From assembly GCA_002269645.1 (NCBI GenBank), contig NIVC01001071.1, forward strand, positions 1-64,000: a stretch of 64,000 nt of DNA. The letters run 5' to 3'. Positions 24,140-37,376 of this stretch are shown here, in pieces. Position numbers and translations under genes: made by a program. Within the stretch, counting starts at the first letter, position 1, and every line of letters starts with the position of its first letter. The notes under the pieces are model-generated. The model worked only from the letters and a program-made list of their open reading frames with translations, was not told where the DNA came from and made no database searches. The stretch is from Macrostomum lignano (lineage: Eukaryota).

Positions 24140-24892
24140 AAGTAACAGCCGAAGTCAACGTTTAAGGCTTGTTTAAGCTTGTCGCGCGGAATTCTGAATC
24201 CACATTTTGCAGTGCGGCTCTGAGCGTCTGTCCTCTGTGGAGAACTTGTTGTTCTGTTCTTGCTGCTTAAATTAAATATTATTATTATAAATATTACAGA
24301 CTCTAAAGGTAAAAGTTTAGATTTGAAGGACGTATTCTATCTACTTACTGATAGTAGGGCAATGAGGATGAGTAGTGTATAATTTACTACTGAAATCTGC
24401 ATTGTATATATAGTGCAGTGAAGCGAAATTTTTATTCCGATTCAGCTTTCCTGATATGAGAGACAGTCTAGAAGTGCGCTTGTACCAACAAAGGGTTTAA
24501 ACAGGTATTATTACTAGCTGTTATAAGCAGTGCATTGCGTCTGAATATTTTCTGTTTTTTTGCCACTAACTGTAATTTAAATGCGACCATAAATAAAATA
24601 TACAGAAACAAAAACGAAAAGGCCGAAATGAGTGAAATAAAAAAAATTGCGATTCGCTGCGTAGCTCTGTGTAGTGCGCGATGAAATTCCAGTTTGTTGT
24701 TGCTGTTTTTTGTTCATTTAGCACAGGGGTCGCCAAACTTGTCCTTTCCTTCATCTCTTCTCTCTTCGCTCTCCCCGATCTGTTCTCTTCTCTCACATCC
24801 CAACTCTCGCATCTCGCAAAAAATGTTTGCAGTCGCAGAACTGCAAAAATGACCTGCGGTAGAGGGTAGCATTTTTTACTGTTGTTGAGTGC

Positions 24893-25412
24893 AAATGCTG
24901 GGCCAGCCCCCCAGATCCTCAGTTGTTGGGCCAGCCTCTCAGATCCTCAGTTGCTGGGCCAGCCTCCCAGATCCCCAGTTGCTGGGCCAGCCTCCCAGAT
25001 CCTCAGTTGCTGGGCCAGCCTCCCAGATCCTCAGTTGCTGGGCCAGCCTCCCAGATCCTCAGTTGCTGGGCCAGCCTCCCAGATCCTCAGTTGTTGGGCC
25101 AGCCTCCCAGATCCTCAGTTGCTGGGCCAGCCTCCCAGATCCTCAGTTGCTGGGCCAGCCTCCCAGATCCTCAGTTGCTGGGCCAGCCTCCCAGATCCTC
25201 AGATGCTGGGCCAGCCTCCCAGATCATCAGTTGTTGGGCCAGCCTCTCAGATCCTCAGTTGCTGGGCCAGCCTCCCAGATCATCAGTTGCTGGGCCAGCC
25301 TCCCAGATCCTCAGTTGCTGGGCCAGCCTCCCAGATCATCAGTTGCTGGGCCAGCCTCCCAGATCCTCAGTTGCTGGGCCAGCCCCCCAGATCCCCAGTT
25401 GCTGGGCCTCCA
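24893..25412 (+). repeat. 28-bp minisatellite
   Basis: Unit ccagatcctcagttgctgggccagcctc, ~18 copies. Confidence 0.95.
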
Positions 25413-25665
25413 AGATCAGCAGAAAAAAATTGAATGCTAGCATTTCCATAGATTTTATTATACATTTTAGCATGTATATGAAGTGTTTTATTTCTCGAAG
25501 AGTCGGCTCATTAATTCTAATATAATAGCGGCCCACAAAGGGCAACTTAAAGCCCAGAACCGATTCCTTGACGAGTTTCACTTCGTGTTGTGCCATTTCA
25601 AATCATCAATTGCTTTGGATAGTCATCTCTTCTTCGATTTTTCGAGGTGCGATCGCGCGCACGCT

Positions 25666-28600
25666 CTACAGGCAGCCTTCGATGGCCTCCAGCATGGCTG
25701 AAATGACGGGTGTTGGATTTGAAAAAATTTTCAGGACTTTTCCTACAGCGGGCCTCCTATCCGCTAGCACGCTCGTATTGTCTACAGGCATCGAATGGAG
25801 CATATTGCATGTACATGTAGATATCGGGTGGGTCAAATTAGAAGTCAGATGTGTCAATTAGGTGTCAGATGTGTCAAATTAGGTGTCGGATGGGCAAATT
25901 AGGTGTCTGATGGGTTGCAAATTAGGTGTCTGATGGGTCAAATTAGGTGTCGGATGGGTCAAACTAGTATCTAATAGGTCAAACTAGGTGTCAGATGGGC
26001 CAAATTAGGTGTCGGATGGGTCAAATTAGGTACCGGATGGGTTGCAAATTAGGGTGCCGGATGGGTTGCAAATTAGGGTGTCGGATGGGTTGCAAATTAG
26101 GGTGTCGGATGGTTGCAAATTAGGTGTCGGATGGTTGCAAATTAGGTGTCGGATGGGTTGCAAATTAGGGTGTCGGATGGGTTGCAAATTAGGGTGTCGG
26201 ATGGGTCAAATTAGGTGTCTGATGGGTTGCAAATTAGGGTGTCGGATGGGTCAAATTAGGTGTCGATAACTGCACTATCAAGACTGCCGACTGACCATCC
26301 AGTCCAGCCGGTTGGTACTGGCGCCGCCTCAGCTCTTCAATCCGCTGCTTCCCTGACTCATCGTCCTTGGCCAGCTGGGCTGCAATGGTCTCAGCCGCTT
26401 TGCGGCACAGCACCTGGTCTAGGAGGGGTTTGCCACCGTCCTCCTCTGCTGACGATGTCGACTTGTCGCCGTCTTGGTCATCGGTGTCTGGCAGTCGGCT
26501 CACCTGCGGCTCGCCCAGCGATGGAGCTTCGTCGTTGAAATTGTCGTTCGAGGAAGAAGTCGAGTCTTCGCCTTTGCCTTTGGCGTTAGGGAATTCTACG
26601 TTGAAGCGAACCTGGAGGTGTACATAGGGATGGGAGATGGAGTGATGGGAGATGCGGTGAAGGGAGATGGGGTGATTGGATTTGGGTGATGTGATTTGGA
26701 TGATGGGAGATGGGGTGATGAGAGATGGGGTAATGGGAGATGGGGCGATGGGAGATGGGGTGATTGGATTTGGGTGATGTGATTTGGATGATGGGAGATG
26801 GGGTGATGAGAGATGGGGTAATGGGAGATGGGGCGATGGGAGATGGGGTGATGGGGTGATGGGAGATGGGGTGATGGGGTGATGAGAGATGAGGTCATGG
26901 GAGATGAGGTCATGGGAGGTGCGGTGATGGGAGATGAGGTCATGGGAGGTGCGGTGATGGGAGATGGGGTGATGGGATTTGGGTGATTGGATTTGGATGA
27001 TGGGAGATGGGGATATGAGAGATGAGGTGATGGGAGACGGGAGATGAAGTGATGGGAGATGGGGTGATGAGAGATGAGGCGATGGGAGATAGGGTGATGG
27101 GAGATGAGGTGATGAGAGATGAGGTGATGGGAGATGGGGTGATGGGAGATGGGGTGATGAGAGATGTAAGTGATGGGAGATGGGGTTATGGGATTTGGGT
27201 GTTATGAAAAATCGGATTCTCGATTGCGGCAGAGCAATCAGATTGTTAAAAAATGTAGCAGATAAAGTATCAAGGATATAATATTCGAATTCTCACCTTC
27301 CGTCCCTCGAGCTCCAACATCCGGTCGAGCACTGCATCCAGGTATTCCCTGATCGGTCCCCCAGAACCCAGTTTCTCGCCGTATGCCTTCAACCGATCAG
27401 TCAGGCTGTCAGTGTCTTTCGATTTTCCTTCGTTCTCAGATAGAAAACTGTTTAACTCTTTTAGGGCATCGGTAATTAGCTGTGCGGCTTTACTGTTGGA
27501 ATAATCAAACTCGGCCTCATCATGTTGACCTGTGAGGGTTGGCAGGACCAGCTCTTTTGCTGGGCCTTTCAACAGACGGGCAGCCAGTCTGAGTGCGGAA
27601 TTTTGATTCAGCTTTCGCTTGCTCAGCTCGGCCAGTATGCGGGACAGAGTGTCCAGGTCTGCCAGCTGCTCCCTGATGTACATCTCAATGGGAGCGGAGG
27701 CCTCTGTTAGAACTGCCTGCACGTGCTCCAGGTACTCCTGCGGCGAATCGGGTGTTTAAAGAAAAATATTTTGGAAGGGCATTTGAGGAGCAACTTGAAG
27801 ATGAATTTTGGAGCTAGCAATCTAATGCCCCCCTTTCGGGGCGCCCAATATGCAAAGAGCAAAAATGATTCACGCAAATCCATTTAAGAACATTTTCTTA
27901 AGAAACGATGACTTCTTCACTTTTTTAAATCATCTTATTCGAGTAAAATTGTCATGGACAAAGATGTTTGCTATGAATCTCTTTATTATAAAAGTCACAG
28001 AAGTACACAACAAAATTAGCCTTCACAAGAATAGAAGGCATTCACTCAGATAGCAAGCATCCCCCAGACAGCAAGCATCCCCCAGATAGCAAGCATCCAT
28101 CCAGATAGCAAGCATCCCCCAGATAGCAAGCATCCCCCAGACAGCAAGCATCCCCCAGACAGCAAGCACCAAGACAGCAAGAAGGTACAAGCAAGTACCT
28201 TCCACCCCCCCCCCAACAGCAATCATCCCCCAGATGGCAAGCATCCCCAGCTAAGCATCCCCCAGACAGCAAGTAGCTAGTGCAAAAATTGCAGGTTGCA
28301 TCTAGTCCAGTCTGTTCGCATCTAAGCTATCTCTTGTCTATTGGAGAACATTAATTGTGGCCCTTATAAATCAACTCCTACACCATGTCGGTTAGAGTAA
28401 AAATGATGACATAATCAATTTCTCAGTCAGCCTCAATCAGTCTCAATTCACGGGAAAATTTCTGATCGAATGATGCAAATTTGAAGAAAAACTGTTCAGC
28501 CAATTTTTCTGAAATCGATCGCATACCACCCACATACATACCGACAACTCTTGGATTGGAAAGGCGTTTTACAGTTTATTGGAAGACAATCAGAGAGCGC

Positions 28601-29767
28601 ATCAGGGGAATCAGAGGAGACAATCGCAGGGAATCAGAGGAGACAATCGGAGGGAATCAGAGGAGACAATCGCAGGGAATCAGAGGAGACAATCGGAGGG
28701 AATCAGAGGAGACAATCGCAGGGAATCAGAGGAGACAATCGCAGGGAATCAGAGGAGACAATCGGAGGGAATCAGAGGAGACAATCGGAGGGAATCAGAG
28801 GAGACAATCGCAGGGAATCAGAGGAGACAATCGCAGGGAATCAGAGGAGACAATCGGAGGGAATCAGAGGAGACAATCGCAGGGAATCAGAGGAGACAAT
28901 CGCAGGGAATCAGAGGAGACAATCGCAGGGAATCAGAGGAGACAATCGGAAGGAATCAGAGAAGACAATCGGAGGGAATCAGAGGAGACAATCGGAGGGA
29001 ATCAGAGGAGACAATCGGAGGGAATCAGAGGAGACAATCGGAGGGAATCAGAGGAGACAATCGCAGGGAATCAGAGGAGACAATCGGAGGGAATCAGAGG
29101 AGACAATCAGAAGCAATCGGAGGTGACAGGGAATCAGAGGAGACAATCGGAGGGAATCAGAGGAGACAATCGGAGGGAATCAGAGGAGACAATCGGAGGG
29201 AATCAGAGGAGACAATCGCAGGGAATCAGAGGAGACAATCGGAGGGAATCAGAGGAGACAATCAGAAGCAATCGGAGGTGACAGGGAATCAGAGGAGACA
29301 ATCGGAGGGAATCAGAGGAGACAATCGCAGGGAATCAGAGGAGACAATCGCAGGGAATCAGAGGAGACAATCGGAGGGAATCAGACGGGGGAATTGGTTG
29401 AAGATGTTCACTTGCAATTAACGAGTGAATTGGTGAGAGAGTGTTCAGAGTGGATGCATGCATGCAGATGAATATTCTTTAAACCACAAGCGGCAGTGCC
29501 AGTGCAACAGCTCCGATTCACCTGGGCAGCCTCCGCATAGCCATCTTGACTGGTGCCGCCAGCTCCGAGCCCTTCGCCGCTTCTCAGCGCGCTGGCGATG
29601 GCGTCTCTGATGACATTGGCGTCCAGCTTGAACCCCGCGTCCTCGGCTGCACCGCCGCTGCCGTCAGCTGCCGCGTCTAATGAACAATAACAACAGTTTC
29701 GGTTTCCGAGGAGAGCTACTGTTAGTAGCATTGGAAACAGATTTGCCGACAATTTTATCCAAGACAT
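25666..29767 (-). CDS. Predicted 4-exon gene, ~344-aa acidic/helical protein with signal-peptide-like N-terminus; function unknown
   Basis: Exons 29767-29522 (MSWIKLSANLFPMLLTVALLG...AAQ|gtgaat), 27737-27297 (cag|EYLEHVQ...EGRK|gtgaga), 26611-26296 (cag|VRFNVEF...GLD G|gtcagt) and 25697-25666 (ttcag|AMLEAIEGCL*). All phases are compatible and the exons are GC-rich. The start and the last donor are uncertain. Confidence 0.65.
25850..26266 (+). repeat. ~21-24-bp intronic minisatellite
   Basis: Unit caaattagg(g)tgtcggatgggt(tg). Confidence 0.9.
26630..27205 (+). repeat. ~15-bp G-rich intronic minisatellite
   Basis: Unit gggagatggggtgat and variants. Confidence 0.9.
27814..28550 (-). mobile_element. 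Internally deleted Helitron family copy
   Basis: Reverse complement: family 5' sequence (gagttgtcggtatgtatgtggg...gatttcagaaaaattggctgaac), no 23-bp satellite, 18-bp repeats (~28045-28270), hairpin gccccgaaagggggg and terminal gattgCTAG at 27814. Confidence 0.75.
28607..29386 (+). repeat. 23-bp intronic minisatellite
   Basis: Unit gggaatcagaggagacaatcg(c/g)a, ~33 copies. Confidence 0.95.
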
Positions 29768-29842
29768 GTTGATTCCAGATTTGCTGATGCAGCTGCGTTC
29801 CGATGGGTAAAAATAGCGACAGTCCGATTGATTGACAATACG

Positions 29843-30925
29843 AAGACAGACAGACAGACAGACAGACACTAAGACAGACAGACAGACAGACAGACACTAA
29901 GACAGACAGACACTAATACAGACAGACAGACAGACAGACACTAAGACAGACAGACACTAATACAGACACTAAGACAGACAGACACTAATACAGACACTAA
30001 GACAGACAGACACTAAGACAGACACTAATACAGACACTAAGACAGACAGACACTAAGACAGACAGACACTAAGACAGACACTAATACAGACACTAAGACA
30101 GACAGACACTAAGACAGACAGACACTAATACAGACAGACACTAACACAGACAGAAACTAAGACAGACAGACACTAAGTCAGACAGACACTAAGACAGACA
30201 GACACTAAGACAGACAGACACTAAGACAGACAGACACTAACGCAGACAGACACTAAGACAGACAGACACTAACGCAGACAGACACTAAGACAGACAGACA
30301 CTAACGCAGACAGAAACTAAGACAGACAGACACTAACGCAGACAGACACTAAGACAGACAGACACTAACGCAGACAGACACTAAGACAGACAGACACTAA
30401 GACAGACAGACACTAAGACAGACAGACACTAAGACAGACAGACACTAAGACAGACAGACACTAACGCAGACAGACACTAAGACAGACAGACACTAACGCA
30501 GACAGACACTAAGACAGACAGACACTAACGCAGACAGAAACTAAGATAGACAGACACTAACGCAGACAGACACTAAGACAGACAGACACTAACGCAGACA
30601 GACACTAAGACAGACAGACACTAAGACAGACAGACACTAAGACAGACAGACACTAAGACAGACAGACACTAAGACAGACAGACACTAAGACAGACAGGCA
30701 CTAAGACAGACAGACACTAAGACAGACAGACACTAACACAGACAGACACTAACACAGACAGACACTAACACAGACAGACACTAACACAGACAGACACTAA
30801 CACAGACAGACACTAACACAGACAGACACTAACACAGACAGACACTAACACAGACAGACACTAACACAGACAGACACTAACACAGACAGACACTAACACA
30901 GACAGACACTAACACAGAAAGACAA
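29843..30925 (+). repeat. (GACA)n-derived 16-bp minisatellite
   Basis: Unit gacagacagacactaa with blocks of acgc/acac variants. Confidence 0.95.
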
Positions 30926-31611
30926 ATAAAAAAGACAAACTACGGAAGACACTCTCACGCCATGACAAAGCCGTACTCCGAGTACGTCAGTTTCAAGCGA
31001 TCAGTCAGGCAAAGAAACATACACACCTATAGTCAGGAGTCTGCACGGCTGACATAGAACTTACGGTTAATTACGTTTTTTAGCGCCTGACAGATGACAG
31101 ATCCAGCTGTATAAGTCTTCAGTCCTAACACAGTCAACTACAATACATGTACACTGGCAAGGTCCTCTGTAGTTATGGCCTGATCGTGAGTGTGAGGCCA
31201 GCACTGTCCACTGCTGCAGAACACGCGTGATATATTTAACGTTCAGACCCACAGTATACTCCAAATCCACGTGTAGCCTGTAAAAACATACAGGTGACGA
31301 TGTTCCCACAGCTCCAAGTCGTATTTTTAATATAGGCTTTGTGAGGTTTAAAAATTTCACAAAGTGTTAGCTATTCTTGGAGCTTATTAGGCTAATTTAC
31401 AGCCGGAGTCATACTAATGGTTGCTTTAACAATAAAATGGCCGATCGCCTACGTACCGAGCTTCTTTCAGGTGCAGCTCCGGATCTATGCTTGATTGGGT
31501 ACTTTTACTTTTACACTGCAACGTTAAGCCGACTTTGACTGGTAAAATTTGTCATCTTCAAGCCAATGCACTTTTCATTGTTGTGTAAGCCGCATCTCAG
31601 AGTTGTTGTAT

Positions 31612-32567
31612 CTGTGAGCTGGTGTGCTGCATCTGTGAGCTGGTGTGCTGTATCTGTGAGCTGGTGTGCTGTATCTGTGAGCTGGTGTGCTGTATCTGTG
31701 AGCTGGTGTGCTGTATCTGTGAGCTGGTGTGCTGTATCTGTGAGCTGGTGTGCTGCATCTGTGAGCTGGTGTGCTGTATCTGTGAGCTGGTGTGCTGTAT
31801 CTGTGAGCTGGTGTGCTGTATCTGTGAGCTGGTGTGCTGTATCTGTGAGCTGGTGTGCTGTATCTGTGAGCTGGTGTGCTGTATCTGTGAGCTGGTGTGC
31901 TGTATCTGTGAGCTGGTGTGCTGTATCTGTGAGCTGGTGTGCTGTATCTGTGAGCTGGTGTGCTGCATCTGTGAGCTGGTGCGCTGCATCTGTGAGCTGG
32001 TGTGCTGCATCTGTCATCTGTTGTGCTGTATCTGTGAGTGAGTCATCTGTTGTGCTGTATCTGTGAGTGAGTCATCTGTTGTGCTGTATCTGTGAGCGAG
32101 TCATCTGTTGTGCTGTATCTGTGAGTGAGTCATCTGTTGTGCTGTATCTGTGAGCGAGTCATCTGTTGTGCTGTATCTGTGAGCTGGTGTGCTGTATCTG
32201 TGAGCGAGTCATCTGTTGTGCTGTATCTGTGAGCGAGTCATCTGTTGTGCTGTATCTGTGAGCTGGTGTGCTGTATCTGTGAGCGAGTCATCTGTTGTGC
32301 TGTATCTGTGAGCGAGTCATCTGTTGTGCTGTATCTGTGAGCTGGTGTGCTGTATCTGTGAGCGAGTCATCTGTTGTGCTGTATCTGTGAGCGAGTCATC
32401 TGTTGTGCTGTATCTGTGAGTGAGTCATCTGTTGTGCTGTATCTGTGAGCGAGTCATCTGTTGTGCTGTATCTGTGAGTGAGTCATCTGTTGTGCTGTAT
32501 CTGTGAGCGAGTCATCTGTTGTGCTGTATCTGTGAGCGAGTCATCTGTTGTGCTGTATCTGTGAGCG
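31612..32567 (+). repeat. 21-bp then 29-bp minisatellite
   Basis: atctgtgagctggtgtgctgt up to ~32010, then gtatctgtgagcgagtcatctgttgtgct. Confidence 0.95.
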
Positions 32568-33106
32568 TCATTTTAGGTGTTTGCCAACCTGGGACTGGGA
32601 CGCTTGAATGATCGCGTTTGGTTTTTAACTCTACATGTACTGTACGTAAATTTCACTCTTGTAATGCAGGAACAGTTTGGAGCCGGTTTCTCCAGGCAGT
32701 TTCCCATGTTTAGTAATTCATAGAGGCTTCCTTCTTCATCAGTAGTCGCAGATCCAGCTCCCTGGGCTTAATTTTTGGCTTTTAAAGTCGCTCAAACGAA
32801 GCATCAATCATTTTCTCCATAAGTTGTTATCAAGTCAAAGCTTTGAGGCGTTAAAGACTTCTTTAAGAGTTGAGAGCTTCCTTCAAATTAGTTGCCAACG
32901 GTGATAATAACAACAAATAATTCTGTCATCGTCAATCTTCACTCTGAATAAAAGGATTTTTACCAAGCCGCATTAATAATTTATTCGCTCAGTAATCGCC
33001 TTCAGGGCAGTAAATGTCGATTTAATGCGCAGTTGGGATTTTACATGTCAAATTGAACCCTAAATAGATCTTTCCTGACTGAGTCTGACAGGCAACATCA
33101 CTAGCC

Positions 33107-34724
33107 ATGCTCCCCTTGCTGCTCTGCCTGAGTTTGACAGTCGCTGCCTCCGCCTCCAAGCTGACGTTCGAGAAGACCCGACGCTGCCCCACCGCAGACG
33201 CCTCTCCGCTGCCGCACCGCCTGACCAGCAAGCTGCAGTGCGCCGCCGCCTGCTCCCGACTGCCCACCTGCAACGCATTCCACTTCGACATCACCACCCG
33301 CCAGTGTTACCATGGAGACGCGTGTTCCCAACTCGAGCAATGGACTGACGGCGACTGCGACTCTTACAAGTACACCGATGTGCTGTGCGGAGAATGCGGT
33401 GAGCGGCTGCAGGCGGTGAGACTCGAATTAACCTGTCTTTCTGTCACACGCTAATCTGAGCACTCGCCAAAATTGCTTTTCAGATGAGGCAAAGCCTGTG
33501 CTTACTGAGCTCAAACTGAAGCTGCTCTACAAGTTCTCAAGGAGCGGTCTCAAAAATGAGGTCAACCCGAGACTGTTCTGCCTCAAGGCTCGAGCTGTGG
33601 CCATTGACGAAGATGGTGCTCACTTTAAAGGCCACTCTGGCTCCTACCTGAGGACTGAGACTTCGGGATTCTGGAAGTTTTTTCAGTTTGGAGCCGAATA
33701 CTCGGTCTTTGTCCGAGCCAGACACCAATTTGACAGCGGGTAAGAGCAACCCTAGTCTGTCTGCATTCCTAAAATAGTACCTGCCATCAGGTTTTGTGCA
33801 TAACTTTGTTAATTTGATTGATGACTTAAGTGTGCATCAATCACGAGAAGTTCGAAAACCCCACTGATGACTGCACGTTTACATGTTAGTGCCTATTTAA
33901 GCGCCCCAAGCTACATGTTGGCGCCTATTTAGCGCGGCAAGCATCACTTTTTACCACGGAACATGACCGCCCATTTACACTAGGGAGGGGACAGTCCCCC
34001 TTGATGACCTCCCTTGAATGACTTCCCATTGCAGGGAAGCGATAAGCTCAAGTAGTGTCCCGGTTTTAGTTGGTGGAGGAGGACATGTAGGGGAGGGAAG
34101 TTGCCCCGTATGTCCCCCTTTTGTTCCTCTGTCCATTGTAAGCAAGCAGATTAAGCTTGAAAATTTCATACATAGTAGCCAGAATATCCTTACTGGATCG
34201 TTACATGTACAGAGTGTACAAGTACTGTATTTAGCACTGGATGGAGCAATACGTTCGTAAACCAAATATTCTCCATCAAATATTGCAGGTACAAATACTA
34301 TCACAAATTTGATCAATGCGGCTCTAACTTTGGCAGCTCTTTTATTCAGTATGACGGATACATTTATAATGTGGTAAAAATGAACCGGTTGAGAGATAGT
34401 AAAGGCTCTGCAGAAGCCTCTCGTCTCCTCTCCGCCGCACCATCCACTCTGCCAACGGACGGATTTTATGGACAACTGTCTGCTGGATTTGTCTTTAACG
34501 GGACCGGACATCAAAACTACTACCTGAACGGCACTTTTACTTCCATTGCATTGGTTGTCACAAACTCAATCGACTATTCCCCAAGCGTGTTTGACTGCCT
34601 AACCCTTGGACAGTCGACTGTTGATGCCAAATGTCTTAGCGGCACCATGTACTGCTATGGATTGAGTACAAAAGCACTTAGCCTGAGCGAGTTTCTGCAA
34701 CTGGAACAACTCTGCAACCAATGA
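33107..34724 (+). CDS. Secreted PAN/Apple-domain + LamG/concanavalin-like domain protein (3 exons, ~327 aa)
   Basis: Exons 33107-33398, 33484-33739 and 34289-34724 join in frame via GT-AG introns. Signal peptide MLPLLLCLSLTVAASA; PAN-type Cys pattern SKLQCAAACSRLPTCNAFHFDITTRQC; C-terminal YYLNG...LSGTMYCYGLSTKALSLSEF resembles LamG-3/pentraxin-like folds (lower certainty). Confidence 0.8.
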
Positions 34725-35393
34725 GTGACTGAGTGATCGAGTTTCTGCAAGTGGATTACCAGAATTAACACTTAACAGACGTCGAGTTGGTCGCGTTTAA
34801 TAAATTTTCACAGAAAAATGGCATTAGCTATCCGTTCAAACATTGTGTTGGCTGATGATTTTTGCCAAAGTGTAGCGATGTCCTTCCTAGTCCAGAAGTC
34901 TTTGATTTCATCATGTGACTGCTTTCGCGTTCATAACTATCCATGCCACCTTATCTTTGCATCAGTCAGCGTGAATGAATAAGTGTGGAATGAATAATTG
35001 TCGATTGACGCTTTTATGTAGATATGAAATTTGTACCACCAGACCGTAAATTTGGGTAAGTTTATGGTTCTTATCTTTTCGATTTCACATTGCGGGGTCA
35101 AGAGGGTCATTATCAATTTACGAGTTAATCATTTAGTCTGTTTTTTATTTTATAGCTTTATCACATAATTTCTCTGTGCCCAGAGTTTCCATCAATTCAG
35201 TTGAATTATCGATTGATTTCTTATCTGCTCTTATTTCTCGAATTTTCCAATAGCTAGTTATCAAACCATGATTGTTATCAGCAATCCTTGCCTATTTCTC
35301 AATCCCAATTATTTAAATTACCGTTGCTCAAAAAAGTCATTCCTGCACTCAAAAACTGCACGCCCAGTCAATCGCTAATGATTTCTAAGCATT

Positions 35394-35669
35394 CGCCGAT
35401 TCTCGTTTCGCCGAAATTAATTTCATAACCATCTGGACATTAGATCATCGACCTCCTATCATACATATATACCACTGGCTATAGACTTTTTACTATAGAC
35501 TATGCAGAAGGAAGAATTCTTAATTTTAACTTAATTTTTCAAGCCATAGACATCTAAATCACATTTGCATTAGTGTAGTTGTCTATGGTCTAATGTCCAG
35601 ATGGTTATGAAATTAATTACGGCGAAACGAGAATCGGCGAAACGAGAATCGGCAAAATGAGAGGTACCC
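35394..35669. mobile_element. Truncated, internally deleted copy of the 36092-37376 element
   Basis: Partial left TIR joined directly to the right-end internal sequence; ends ...gagaatcggcaaaatgagaggtaccc. Confidence 0.8.
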
Positions 35670-36091
35670 AATTTTAAGAGAATTGGTTGAACTGTCTTTA
35701 TAAAAATCAACCACACAAGTACACACCCAGATGAAGTGCTAGATTAGTATAGATATTGACGGTTGGATGGAACCGTGACAAACTGTTTTTTTATGAACTG
35801 TCGCGACTTTCTTTAGTCATTTCTTCAGTTCAGCTGCACTTGTCTCTGTTTACTCTGTTTTCTCTCCCTGTGTCTAATTTAATCTTGTTATTTCTTATCT
35901 CTCTCCCTCGCTGCCTTCTGATTGGCTCTTCAATCTCGCCTCTTTCCTAATCGAGCACTCCACCCACCCCTCCTTTTCTTGCTTGCACTCAACCAATAAC
36001 CACCCCTCTATCATTTAGACTTGTGTCGCATTTAAAGACTGTATTAAGGGAGAACAAAGCAATAAGCTTGATGAAAGAAAACAGACCACAA

Positions 36092-37376
36092 GGGTACCTC
36101 TCATTTCGCCGATTCTCATTTCGCCGATTCTCGTTTCGCCGATTCTCGTTTCGCCGATTCTCGTTTCGCCGAATCTCATTTCGCCAATTCTCGGTTCGCC
36201 GACATTCTCATTTCGCCGATTCTCATTTCGCCGACATTCTCATTTCGCTGATTCTCATTTCGCCGACATTATCATTTCGCCGATTCTCGTTTCGCCGACA
36301 TTCTCATTTCGCCGATTCTCGGTTCGCCGAAATTAGTTTCATAACCATCTGGACATTAGACAATAGACAACTACGCTCGTACACTAATGCAAGTGTGATT
36401 TAGATGTCTATGGCTTGAAAAATAAAGTATTGATTGTATTGGTAATATAGCTTTTTGCAGCCCATTTGGGCTTACGGGCATTTAATTTAATCCAAGATAC
36501 GTTTGCCAATGTAACGGAGCTTTTGTCTATGGTAGCAAGGCTGGCACAGCAGCATTTAATTTGGTCCAACAAGCATCAATTTGGTCCAAACGCTCGTGAG
36601 CCATTCGGCAAACTCCTGTCTTCTCGCAACCGTCTGCGGGTTGTTGCGTACCGCTGGAATGTCAGAGTCTCTACCGACAATTTTCTGTCGCTTTTCCAGA
36701 GCTCTGCTGATAGCCGAACTCTGATAATATCCCATAATGTGAAGCAGCTGCCCTCCACGCGAACTTGGGACAAAAGTAGCTAATTGTAGTGCTGCTTGAG
36801 CCATGGTGCGTTTGCATGAAAGTTGGATGTTATTCCTCAACCTCCTTGTCCTTCTACCATACATATATACCACTGGCTATAGACTTTTTACCATAGACTA
36901 TGCAGAAGGATTACCATAGACTATACAGAAGGAAGAATTCCTAATTTTAACTTTATTTTTCAAGCCATAGAGATCTAAATCACACTTGCATTAGTGTAGT
37001 TGTCTATGGTCTATTGTCCAGATGGTTATGAAACTAATTTCGGCGAACCGAGAATCGGCGAAATGAGAATGTCGGCGAAACGAGAATCGGCGAAATGATA
37101 ATGTTGGCGAAATGAGAATCGGCGAAATGAGAATGTCGGCGAAACGAGAATCGGCGAAACGAGAATCGGCGAAATGAGAATGTCGGCGAAACGAGAATCG
37201 GCGAAATGAGAATGTCGGCGAAACGAGAATCGGCGAAATGAGAATGTCGGCGAAACGAGAATCGGCGAAATGAGAATGTCGGCGAAACGAGAATCGGCGA
37301 ACCGAGAACCGGCGAAATGAGAATGTCGGCGAAACGAGAACCGGCGAAACGAGAATCGGCGAAATGAGAGGTACCC
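36092..37376. mobile_element. Foldback/Mutator-type non-autonomous element with modular long TIRs
   Basis: Ends GGGTACCTCTC...GAGAGGTACCC; exact 9-bp TSD AGACCACAA (36083-36091 / 37377-37385). TIRs of ~340 and ~430 bp are built from 15-bp ttctcgtttcgccga repeats plus a unique inner block. Confidence 0.9.
36556..36873 (-). pseudogene. Fragment resembling the N-terminal half of an IS630/Tc1-type transposase
   Basis: SSAISRALEKRQKIV...IPAVRNNPQTVARRQEFAEWL resembles the S.ISR.L....PxxRN......R..F motif that precedes the DDE domain in that superfamily. No DDE domain is present. Confidence 0.5.
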
